NCBI GenBank assembly: GCA_021432655.1
Contig: MU271565.1
Span: forward strand, 1 to 39,644
DNA: 39,644 nt
Direction of reading: 5' to 3'
DNA from: Atractiella rhizophila
Taxonomy: Eukaryota
Both the position numbers and the translations under genes were made by a program. Every line of letters starts with the position of its first letter. Position 1 is the stretch's first letter. The notes under the pieces are model-generated. The model was given only the letters and a program-made list of their open reading frames with translations, was not told where the DNA came from and did not search any database. Shown here in pieces: positions 22,314 to 33,880 of this stretch.

Positions 22314-24870
22314 CTAACCAATGACCCACTCGATCCTCTTCAGTCCAATCACAAAAGCAAAGAATCCAAAGAGTACCGCAGAGACGGTGAGTGGTTTTTT
22401 GAGTAAGGCAGTCGTCGAGTATTTGTAAGTAATCTGTTCAACAATTCTCATCACTACCTGTATGAAGAGGGACGAACAACAGAAGAACGCACAATGATAT
22501 CCATTCCATGCTTGTCTGCGCAATTCGTTTTGGTGATCACGATTGTAGGACGGCCAGTGGTATCGAGGTAAGTGCGGCGGATCTCGTTCGTCGAGATACT
22601 TTCAACGGGGAATGGGGTGTGGACCTCGATGTCGCTGTTGCAAACACGAGTCAGCGGTCACATTCATTCTGCAGTAAATAAAATGAACGCACGTTGCACC
22701 TTCCGGCAGTCTGACTTCTAGCCTTGCGCCATCCACGGCGACGTCTTTGACAGGGGTGAGGAAAGGCACGCTCAGTACGTATTTCCCATCGTGATACTTC
22801 AAGCTCTCGTCCAACGGCGCGTCATACCCAATCTCGAAGCTATAATTCCAGCCTCCGAGGACGGGGTAGCGGGGGAAGATGTCCAATCTGCTGTAACCTT
22901 TGTTGTCCTTCATCGAAGGAAAGTTGATGGCCGGCTTAATGGATGGTACAAAGTTGGAAGTGCTGACGTTGCCGACGGTATCGATGTAGTATGGGTTTTT
23001 GATAGAGGGAGGAAGGACGAAAGAAAGGGATGTGAGGACGTGGGAAAGAGAGGTGGTACGTTTAAGGAAGAGTGCGCTTTGATGTGCCAAACGAGAAAAG
23101 TGACCTTCAAGTCTGTACTCGACTCTGTCAGGGAAACCTTTATGCGAACTGAATGAACTGACTTAGGTCCTGCGTTAACGAGCGTCATAGCTTCGCTGAC
23201 ACCAAGGGAGTTACCCCAGTGCGACACTTGCACGATCCTTTCCAGATTCCTAAACACAATCACAGGTTCCGACGCCTCATAATGCACGCGTCCGATCCAC
23301 TGTTTGGTCGGCAAGTCGTCTAAATCGCGAAGGGAAAACGAAACAGTGTTGCTTCCGGTGGGGAGCTTGCTCGTCCATCTCTTCTCATCATCGTTGGTGA
23401 CGGAGTGCTGGCGAATTCTGGGAGTAGGCGTCTTGACTTTGATGCTCAGTTCTGCAGGAGGCGAGTGAACGGGTAGACCGAGATTGAGCGATCCAGTCCA
23501 AAGCATGAATTGGGAGGAGTCTGCGGTTTGTGGAAGTGTCGGAGGATGGGGAACCGATGGACGGGTGTGGAGGAGGGACAATGTGATGTGTCGTGGTGTA
23601 GATGTCGACGAAGATGGAAGTGAAATAGCGTAGATGTACGAGCGGCTGTTAAACAGATTGGTTAACTCGCTGGTATCACATACTGTTACGATGCAAAGAA
23701 ATGATGCCATACAAATGAGGCTATACATGGCGCCTTCTGTATGGGCACCCTCTCCAGGACTTCTGTGCAGAACAATACATCCATTGAAGCAGGGATGCTA
23801 TGGCTCTACCATTGTAATCTTCAGTGATTACCTCGTCGCCTTTCAGAGCGACACGGTGAGTTACTTCTGAGGTAAAGTCACTCTGCATGAAGAGAAGCGA
23901 CCATGTGTTGTGAGGCACCAGAGCAAGTGGATTTTGATTAGACTAGTGCCGGTTTAAGCACAAGAGAACATTAAAGGGCAACACAATACAGCTGGATCAC
24001 TTGCAGTAGTCTCCGTAGTCTCGCCTGTACGCCTCCCTCTCTCTTCTCAGAAAGAGAGTATATGCCGACTGTCACCACATAGGTCACAGAGGGGGGAAGC
24101 GAACACGCCAAACTTAGTTAGCAGGTCGCTGCGATTCTAAAGAATACGCAGCAACTTCTGCCTCACATTCTCCGTATTGGGGTTGGAGTCAATATTGCCT
24201 TGTCCTTCTGTTTCATGATTGATGGACTTCACGCTCGTCTCCTCTTCGAACAGGAGAGATTTCACTCTCACCGCTGTTCAAAGAGTAAAAAGAGGTTTTG
24301 GGGTCAAGCAACTAAGCCAGTAATGAGCGGCTTCCTTCTCTTTTTCTGCAAGACTGCAATAGATAAGAGTCTGGGGTTGCACCCGACACCGACCTGCAAT
24401 GTCTTCAGCTCCTACTGCAATCTGCAGGGCAAGGACATTCAGTCCAAAATTGGAACAGTAGTGAGGGAGTTCATTTTACAACTCCTCACATCTTCACCGA
24501 CACCTCTGGCGCATCCTCATCCTTTCTCAGAAGAACAAACATACCTCTCCTCTTCAAATCCAACCTCTCTAATCCCCGCCAACTTCCTAACCCCTCTCTC
24601 CTTCTCCCTCCCCTCCCACGCCTCCGCCCACGTCAACCTATCCCTCTCCTCCTCCGCAATGCCCACAAAAATCTCCACTTCTCCTCCATATCCCCCCTCT
24701 CCATCCGCACTCAGAGTATACACAAACGTATCCTTCGCGAGTGCTCCGCCCAGTTCGAGCACGCGTGAAATGGCGGATATGCCATGTGTTGGTACGTGCG
24801 AAAGGCGGGAGAAGGGCACCTGAGCGGCCCACGCGAGTGGAAGGAAGAGGGACAGGAGTGGGAGTAACAT
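22314..24870 (-). CDS. OST1: Oligosaccharyltransferase alpha subunit (ribophorin I), 5 exons
   Basis: Signal peptide MLLPLLSLFLPLAWA. Ribophorin I motifs LERIVQVSHWGNSL, NAGPK|LEGHFSR, YYIDTVGNVSTSNF, PRYPVLGGWNYSFEIGY, LPEGA and TYLDTTGRP; C-terminal TM after KPL. Intron 1 is 23646-24544. Confidence 0.93.
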
Positions 24871-25593
24871 GGTGTGGTTGTCGATTGTTTTGGCGGGCGA
24901 CGTGGACAACTCTGCAGGATGCGCAGGAATCCGGCCGTCGGTTCCGAGAAGCGATAATTGACGCTTTATTCACGTTTCTTTGGTACCTGCCTTTTGTCTG
25001 CCTTTTTGCATAGCTTCAAGTTGGTATTCACATTCACCGCAACAGCTTCTAGATTGGCACTTGAAGACTGAAGCGAGTAAGTTGGACTGCTAGTTGCAAC
25101 CTCTCCCCCGCTCGTCGCACCTCTCTACCTTGAGACGCGTTCACGCCAAATTTATGTAAAAGAATTTGCCCGTGTTACGTTACAAGAGTTGTTATTCTTT
25201 TGGTGAGTGAGTTACTTCTTCCTCAGAAGCTTTCTAACCTCCAAGGGGCTGCATGTTCCTCTTACTAGCAGCCATTCAGGCTCTGCAGTTGGCCATTTGT
25301 CGCTTGCAAACATCTCCGCTGCTTCTCAGTACTCAGTAACCACGCAACTACTGTCAAGCTAGGCAACATGTGAGGGCTTCCTTTCTCCTTGTTGCTGCAC
25401 TCTGTGTCCATGTCGACATTGGACGTCATGCATCATATATCTAAATTAGAAGTAGTGAGACTGTTGTCTCTTTGTGTCTTCCTTTGGACAAGCTGTCCAT
25501 CGTAACAAATTATCGTTATTTCATGTAAAGCATAGGAAGTGTTGCGTTCATGCATATCTAACGTACTCTGAACAGCTCTGCACCGCCAGCACT

Positions 25594-26866
25594 ATGGCGA
25601 GCAACATCCAACGCTTTCTCCTCCTCTTCTTCCTCGTTACACTCCTCTTCATCCTCCGTCGCTTCTTCTTCCTATATCCTCCATACTCCACTTCCTCCTA
25701 CATCCCGACTTCGTCCTCTCCCCATTCGTCCCTCTCAAACTATTCCGATCTCGCCATCCTCACCCTCTCCTCAACCCTCCTCCGCCTCCACGACGAACTC
25801 CCAATAACACTGGACTCGCTGCTCCGACAATCCGTGAGACCGAAAGAGATTCAGGTCTACCTGCCAGAGAAAGAGAGGACGGAGATTCAGGATATGGAAT
25901 TACCATGGCAGTTCTACGATGAGCGTGTAAGGATTAGATTTGTGGAGGATCGAGGGCCGGCTACCAAGTTTCTGTACGCCTTGAAGGAGGTCATTGATGA
26001 GGCGGGACGGGGGAAGGAGTGGTTGTTGGAGCAGGAAGTGGTTGTAGTTGGTATGTCTAATCATCCTTTCCCTTTTGTTCCCTGTAGATAGCTTGACTCG
26101 TTAAATCAGACGATGACCATTCTTATTCCCCTGACTTGTTGTCGACCCTCTTGGAGGCCAGAAACTCATATCCAGACGCGGCATTGGGAATGAGAGGGTG
26201 GAGAGTCCGGTTCGTCCCCACCTCCGTTTCCACTTTCTTCTGCTCATACATGGTTTCAATTTGGACAGGGACGACCTCCATTGGGGTGTCCCATTCGACG
26301 AAGTGCCGTATCATGTAATCCAATCCTACGCCATCCGAGAACCGTACAGAGTCTCCGTCCTAACCGCCAACGAGGGCTACATGGTGAAACCGCGTTTCTT
26401 CCTCTCCTCAGACGTGCTCGAATCCAGAGGTCGCCTACCAAAAGGCACTCCACTCTCCAACTTCTCCCCTCTCTCCCTCCGAGCAGACAGCGACGCGCCC
26501 ACACTCCACCTCGTAGACGACATATTCATGGCTGGCACCCTCTGCTCTCTCGGCGTCAAACGTTACGTCGTACCCTTACCCCCTCGCGCGCTGCCTAACC
26601 TCGATATCACCGTCTCGCACACGCTTGAAGAGCACATGGACAACGATGGTGTTTCGAGGGCGGAGGCGAATAATCAGGCGTTGAAGTACTTTGAAGGGCC
26701 GTGGAGGGTAGAGGGATTGTGGTATAGGTTCATGAGCCAGCAGGGAGGACGGTATCAGCCGAAATGGGTCGGCGTAAAGGTCAAGTTGAGCAGGTGGTGG
26801 GCTACCAAGAGCCATAAGAGGTGGCTGAGGAGCGTTTGGGGAAGCAAGATCAAATTCAATGGCTAA
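25594..26866 (+). CDS. Type II membrane GT-A-fold (GT2-like) glycosyltransferase, 3 exons
   Basis: N-terminal TM and Ser/Pro stem, then LTLSSTLLRL..LPITLDSLLRQSVRP, EDRGPATKF, VVVV|DDDHSY (DxD, split by intron 26051-26109), GMRGW, LTANEGY and LVDDIFMAGTL. Confidence 0.8.
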
Positions 26867-27119
26867 GGGCTATGGACATTAAATCTTGGACGGAAAATAT
26901 GAACGGACGATGCATCGATGAGCTTCCGCGCGCATGTGGGATGAGGAGATAGAGGGCACGGAGGAAGCTGGGCGAGGAAAGGGCAGAGCCGCAGACCTGG
27001 AAGGTGATGGTATCATTGGCTTGTAATGCACTGAGAAGTCTATGGATTGCGAATAGTACAACATGCACCTCATCCGTATCGTTCCTAAACATCGCGTGAA
27101 ACGTGAACCAAACTCATAC

Positions 27120-29110
27120 TCATGTCGCATGCGACTTTTTCTCATCATGTTTGCCCTCGTCCTCTGCTTCCCCCCCAAGCGTGACACTGGTCCGCCTGCT
27201 TCCTTCCTTGTCGTCTTCTCTCGCCTCTTCCATCACTTCAACTGCGTCCTCCTTTGTACCATCAACCCACTCCCTCATCCTTCGCCCGTACCTCAGAACC
27301 AGAATGACCATCAAGCAGCCTAACCACCCCAGGCCAGCGGACATCGCATTGGCCGGTCCTACGCCTATGGTTTTGACCAGAGGAAGGATGGAGGCGCTCG
27401 CTGCTGCTGAGAAGATGTAGCGGATGCAGTTGTTCGCTGCTATAACTTCGGCGCTGTTCTGCTGCATTACCTGTTCCCAAGCAAGCCTCAATTTTGATCA
27501 CGTCGAAAAGAGAAAGCGAAAGTGGGGACGAACGTCGACGCAGTAGGTATTGCATGCCGTGAGAACGAGCATCAAACCGATCCCCGTGAGAGCGAGGAGG
27601 ATGATAGCAGTTGGAATGCCTCCCGTTCCGGTTTGGACGATGAACCCATACGCAATTACGCTTCCAGGAAAGAGGATAATGCCACCTAAGAGAGCCGCAT
27701 ACAGTCGATCCTCCGGGATGAAGGTTCCCCCACGACGCTTGATGGAGCGTCTGATTACCCAGTCGGATTGAATTCCTGCCAGCCGTGAACCCACTATGTT
27801 GCCCACGCCGGAGGAAAGGAAGAAGAGGCCAAGAATTGCTGGACTTGTGATGTTATAACGCGGACCGATCGTGTAGGTCAAAGGTACGAGGATGGTGTAC
27901 GTTGCAAAGAGAGTGAAGGACGAGTTGAGACTCTGGGTCCGTCCGTCAGGTTCAGCAGATGGTTGCTCGGAGTGACTCACAATGAGAAATATGTTTGGAT
28001 AGCGGAGGAGCCGCAATGGGCGAAAAGGATTGACCCATACGAAACCTCTCCTGCCATCTCGAGTCTCGATGTCCCAAAAGGCGTACCATCGTTTCCTTCC
28101 TTTTCCAGCTTCCACTTTCGTCTCCTTCCTCCGCCTCTCCTCCGCTCGTACCTTCCAATGGGAAGTCTCAGGCAAAAACAAAACAACGAGGATGAATCCT
28201 AAGGCACAAGCACCACAAATCAACCACTGCATGTGTCTCCATCCTCCTTCCTGGACCGTCAGCACTCCTGCGATAACTGGAGCGAGAGCTGGACCAAGAA
28301 GAGCACCGGCGTAGAAAAGTCCCATGGCCCTTCCGCGTTCTGTGGGACGATAGATGTCTCCTATTGTGCCAGCGCCGATCGAGAGGACGGAGGAAGAACC
28401 AATGCCTTGAATAATTCTGGTGACGATGAGAGAAGCCACAGAGTCGCAGAGCGCGACACCGAACGAACCAAGGACGCAAAGTGGCAGGGAGGCAAGGTAA
28501 ATGGGAAGTCTACCATCTATTCAGCTGCCGTTAGTTCACGCGTATTAGAGGAGATAGTAAGCACACAAAGCTGCCCCCATGCTGCCCATCCCAGAGGAGC
28601 AATTCCTATTGTTACAAGAAATATTGCGACAGTGTAGTTTATGAGCTCGGGTGAAGCATTGAGGTCTTTTGACATCTGCGGTATGGACGGGAGGAAAGAA
28701 GAAGAGGCGAGCGCTGAACTGGATCGGTAAGAGCCTGGTCGGTTACAAGAAAGAAAGGGCTTACGAGCTAACAGCCCGCAATAAGCCACAATGAATATGA
28801 TGATCCCTTTCCGACGAGGCGACAGCCGGTCGTAGATGGGATCCGTTAGAGGGTCGTACTTCTCTTTCACTTGCTCCAGCTTCCGCTCCTCGTCTTTAAC
28901 ATCTTTGAACTTGTGCAAGTCTCCAACATCCCTCACATCATCTGCAAGCTCTAGTTGTCTCTCCAAATCGAAGCTTGGGCGGGCTGAGGGTATACGAGAG
29001 GGTGGAAGTGGATCGGGGCTCAACACAGAACCTGGAGAAACTGGTGTCTTATACGGCGGCCTAGGCTGTGGCAGTGGTGCAGCAGATGTGGAGGCAACAG
29101 GGGATGCCAT
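27120..29110 (-). CDS. MFS transporter, DHA1 (Qdr-like) drug:H+ antiporter family, multi-exon
   Basis: SSFLPSIPQMSKDL, INYTVAIF, YGRLPIYL, RIIQGIGSSSVLSIGAGTIGDIYRPTERG, GPALAPVIAG, WRHMQW, LPET, PEDRL and TYCVD; about 12 hydrophobic segments. Confidence 0.92.
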
Positions 29111-29564
29111 TTTTCGGGAAGTGACGCTGCGAAAAACAACAGCAACCAACAAATCAATCCTTCAAGTTTATTGACCCGAGATGGCTTTGAGCTTTTTGAA
29201 GACACGCAGGGCAGCAAAATGGAAAGAAGCAGACCTTTTTGAAGGCAACTCATCGGCACGAGCGGCCTGAAGGTGTGCCGGCTGGCAAGCCGGTTCTCAT
29301 GCTTGTGATTCCTGTGATTCAGCCAGCCTTTTCCTATTTTTTTTGCTTTGTAGAGGATGGCATGTATGGGTCTAGCTCCTCGTCTCGTTGACCACGGATG
29401 AAGGTGCGATTGTCGGAGGCAGAGGGTTGAGATGGTAGAACATGATGGCTCCAACTTGCAAGATGGTCTAAAGATAATCGCAGTCGCAACCGCTGCAAAG
29501 GCAAATGCTCACATCAACTGTTGATACATTCCTCATTCTACTAACGATCCGGTAGAACCTATTC

Positions 29565-31157
29565 TTACTCTTTTCTCTTCACAGCGTCGATAACACTTTT
29601 AGTGACTTCACTTGTGCCTAAACCTCCCCCAAGATCTTTGGTGAGAAATCCCTTCTCGCACACTTCCTCTACTGCCGCGAATAGCTGTGAATCGTCGTCG
29701 TCATGATATAGTTCAAATGAGCCTGGTTGGAGTGCGTACCCTATCTGCTCCTCTTTCTTCGCCAATGAATCTGAGCATTTCCGAGGCACACCAGAAGGTC
29801 GCGACGGGGTTGGCCAGGTTTTTTCCTGTCACGTCAGACTTTAGCCTCCCTCTCTTAGAAGATAGTTTAGGAGATAGAATTACATACCAACAATATCAAA
29901 AGCCGCGCCATGGACCGGCTCAAACATGGAAGGGTTCTTCCGCGTGGGATCCAAGTTAGCTGACGTTGCGATCCCAATGGACCCTGCTAAACCTGCCGCA
30001 AGATCAGAGAGAATGTCTCCATGTAGATTTGTTGCGATGATTGTATCTAGAGATTGTGGACTGGCGACCATCCGACACTGCAAGTGCAAGCAGTGAGCAA
30101 TGAGATGGAACTAGATGTTGAGTTCCCGAACACATACCGTCATGGCGTCTACGAGCATCTTATCCCACTTCACACCTTTCGCTTCATATTCCTTACCAAC
30201 CTCAGCAGCAATTTCGTCCCAAAGAACCATCCCGTTCCTTTGCGCATTGCTCTTCGTCACCACCGTCACAAATTTCTTCGGCCTCGTGAGAGCAAGCTCA
30301 AATCCGAACCGCATAATACGTTCAATACCGATGCGAGTGAAGATGGAAAGCTCAGTCCCGACCTCGTACGGCGTTCCAACGTGGGAGCGTCCACCTTGAC
30401 CTGCATACTCTCCTATTGCCCATATCCACAATGAGGCCCGATTGCAGAATGAGAGAGAGAAATGTTGCCTTCACAGTTCTCTCGTATGATTACCCAATCC
30501 AAGTCCCCCGGTTTCGTGTTCGCAAGAGGAGAAGTAACGCCTTTGAAAATTTTGGTCGGTCTGACGTTGGCGTATTGTTGAAATGTTTGACGGATGGGAA
30601 GGATGAGCGACCAGAGGGAAATATGATCCGGAACATCTGGTCAAGTCAAGGTAAGCCAGAGTGAAGAATCCAGAAGCAGTACAAGTTGACTGAAAAGTAT
30701 TCAAATTGACGAACAGTGAGTTGTTATGGTTTCAGAGGGAAAGCACTTCAGTATCGGCTCTCAACGCAATGCTGCTTCAGAATGGTGGGAGAAGAAACAG
30801 CTGCGTGCGAAACAATGTTAATTTTTCGCAGCATTGTCACATAAGTGGTAATTAATTATTTCGTGGGGTGGGAATGGTGTGCAGATATCCCCACCCCTGC
30901 AAGGCAAATCTGTGCGTACCTCTCGCTCCAACAGCACCAAAGAAAATAGCCTCATATTTTCTAAGCTCATCAAGTCCTCCTTCGGGAATGTAATATCCTC
31001 TCTTCTTATAATTCTCAGAGGTCCAATCAAACTCTTTCCACTCAAAAGAAAATCCCTCGACTGCAGCAACTGCTTCTAACACCTCAATCCCGGCACTGAT
31101 AACTTCTGGCCCAATCCCATCTCCAGGTATAGAAGCGATGCGATGTACTCGAGACAT
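29565..31157 (-). CDS. Tartrate dehydrogenase / D-malate dehydrogenase (decarboxylating), isocitrate/isopropylmalate dehydrogenase family, 6 exons
   Basis: IASIPGDGIGPEV, FGAVG, DVPDHISLW, QQYANVRP, IRENCEG|EYAGQGG, TKSNAQRNGMVLWDE, TNLHGDILSDL, FEPVHG, ANPVATFW and TKDLGG. VPDHISLW and KSN are typical of the tartrate dehydrogenase subgroup. Confidence 0.9.
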
Positions 31158-31434
31158 ATTGGTGCTGATTTGTGCGTGAGGAGAATGAGATGGCCAAGGT
31201 CGATCGTCGCAATGATTGATCGAGACCCGATTATCGGAGTTGTGGATATACATTGCGCTGTCGCGCGTCTTTCTGCGCTAGCTGAACCGTTGACTTTTGA
31301 TATATTTTTATTTTTGAGGCGATTGAGTCTCGGTATGCTAGGATAGAGCATGGCTCAAGTGTTCAAGCGCTCAAGTATAACGGAAGCACAATCAAAGAGT
31401 GTGTTGTGATACCATGCAATTCGAATTTCACACT

Positions 31435-32590
31435 TCATTCAAAGATTTTATCAACAACCTCTTTATTAGCAGCCAGAGTCTGGGCAAAGCTCCTCGCGGG
31501 AGTAGCCAGGATCTTGTTGCTTTCTGCAAGATCCGTTCCCCCATAGTCTATGAACTTGCGTCAGTGATCGATCTCATGAGAATAGTCGAGAAACAGACAT
31601 CCAACCTCCCTAACGGCTCGAAACATGGCGACAAGGTTCGTTGCTAGCGCGACGTTCTGATGACTCTTGACAATGCCAAATAACACTTCGTCTGGCATTT
31701 TCTGGTAAACCACTTTCTTTCCCGAAGCTGTCATGCTGCCTAAGTCCTCAACTTTGGACTTGGAAATAAGAATGTACCTTTCGCAAACGCTTCTGCTACC
31801 TGTGCCGGCGTAATGTATCCTGGAGCGGCGAACACCTGTTTGACTCCATTCTCAACAGCGGCAACGACATATTTTCCATAGTCCTCTGGGATGTCGATGA
31901 TTGGAAGAGGCGTGTCCGGATCAAGGGTGAAAGAAAGCAGATAGGAGCCATCGTCTTGCTTGCGAGGGATGAGTCCAGAGAAGTGGTTGCTGGCGTAGCT
32001 ACCAGGTTGCACATCGAGGACCGTCATTTCTGGGATCGATCTAGCGTAGTCCGTCACTTCTGCTTTAGCATCGAAGCTGCGCATCCATCGTCAGCTTGGG
32101 GATAGAAAAGCGGAACAGAAAGAAACTCATACTGGTCGACTTTCACAGTCCCTTTTGTGAGCTCTCCTAGGTTAGTGAGGCCGGACCAAACGAAAGTCTT
32201 CACGCCTTCAGCTTTGGCACCGTCCACCTGTGCTTTACCTTCCGCAAAGTGCTTTAAGAGCGGTAAGTCAAGAGCACACTCGAACATTCGAAATTTTACC
32301 TTCTCGCGAAAATTTTCGACGTCATAACCTGACAGTGCAACCGCGAAGACGAAATTTGCGCCCGCAAAAGCATCTCTTGCTCCTTCAAGCGTTCCAATAT
32401 CGGCGGCGACAATTTCGCATCCCTTTGCAGCGAGAGCTTTGGCAGACTCTTTAGAAGGATCACGAGTAATGGCTCTGACGCGGTAGGCCGTGGGAGATTG
32501 AGCGAGAGCTTTGATCACTGAGCCTCCTTGCATTCCAGTGGAACCGACGACCGCGAAGAGTGGGGCGGATGGATCATTGCTGATTGTCAT
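31435..32590 (-). CDS. NmrA-like NAD(P)-binding Rossmann protein, multi-exon
   Basis: AVVGSTGMQGGSV, VRAITRDP, EGKAQVDGAKAEGVKTFVWS, FDAKAEV, PGSYASN and EDYGKYV. The last exon ends ...VVDKIFE with TGA at 31435-31437. Confidence 0.88.
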
Positions 32591-33282
32591 ATCGAAGAGG
32601 AGTAAATCTGGTCAGGGTTTCGAGTGACTGTAAACTATTTTCGATGTTATTGTTGAGGTGTGAATCGCTCGTCTCTCTTTTATGCACGGTTGGTAACTAC
32701 TCGCCGCCGAAGGAGCTGACGGGGCTTACGAGCCAAGTCGGAGGTCATCGTAGCTGGCGGCCCCAGACACAGAATGCTGAATGAAGTGAAAGCTCGGGAA
32801 GGACGGTGAGTGCCTTTCGAGTGGAGATGGATGAAGTCCGTATTCGGAGGTGAAAGGGAACTTCTTTCATTTTCCTTCCAAAACTGCAGCGGTGGTTCTA
32901 CCTAGATTGGCTTCATAGCATCACGTAAGTGACACCGATATGAAAGTTTGGTCTCTTGGTTTCCTGCCAATCTCTCCGGGAGAAAAAGACGAGCCGGCGC
33001 ATGGGCCAACGATCAAAGAATGCAGACAAGCTTCTTGTCAAAGACAATTGCTTCGACCTGAACCGGCAGAATTCAATATCCAAGTTCTTCCCAATCGCGT
33101 TGCCGACTCGGATGTGGAAGTGTATGCAGGTACGCCGGGATGGTCGGGTCTCGTAATTGTGCCACCGACCCCGGATTGCAGGGCGGCGGGTTAGATATGG
33201 ACGTGAGGTATTTCTAGCGCGGTTGTTTCTATTCGATGACAGCGATTGGACCAATATCTATTCCTCTAAGATTCATCTATCG

Positions 33283-33331
33283 ATCCTTACCTCCAATCCT
33301 TACCTCTAAAAGCCATCCTTACCTAAGCCAT
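33283..33331 (+). repeat. Short imperfect tandem repeat, 3x ATCCTTACCT
   Basis: atccttacct-cca-atccttacct-ctaaaagcc-atccttacct-aagccatc. Confidence 0.7.
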
Positions 33332-33880
33332 CTGTTCTTGGCATGAGTCATAAAGCGCACTTTTGAGCATTCATACCTCCCTCACCAGGCATATTGAAAC
33401 GAAATGAATTACACCATCTTACTGCATATGCTTGCACCTTTCTGAAGCCGCGAGGAAATTTTATTCTGAAGGGGGTAAAAAAATGCGTTTCATACTGGAC
33501 TCGAACCCTCACAAGAGTCACAGTAGGGTTCAAGGGGCTATCCCTTGCGAGTAGGTTGGGGGACAAAGGCCGTTGACTGAGAGAAAGAGTACACTGGCAG
33601 TGACGAAACAAGTGCCACTCATATGCATTCCGCCTTATCGTCGTCCACCTCCTTCCCTAGAACCAAGCCGCAAACTCCTGGCTTTTGAGCGCGGAAATAG
33701 GGGCAAGATGGCGTGGACTCTGAAAGCACAACACATTGGCAATTGGTACAGAATCATTCTGGTCCGCCAAACCAAACAGAGAGACACGTGCCGATTTTTT
33801 GAGATTACTTTATATGACGAGGTGGTGTTCCATATTTGGGTGAGCTGACGTGGTGGACACGAAAGAGATAATTCAATTAT

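Noticed and set aside
24040..24060. CTGAGA in OST1 intron 1 as a TPP riboswitch
   Set aside because: The rest of the TPP aptamer consensus (ACCUGAU...UAAU...GCG.AGG) is absent and the host gene is unrelated to thiamine.
24200..24823. 207 aa + strand ORF
   Set aside because: Antisense to OST1 exon 1 and intron 1, low complexity, non-ATG start.
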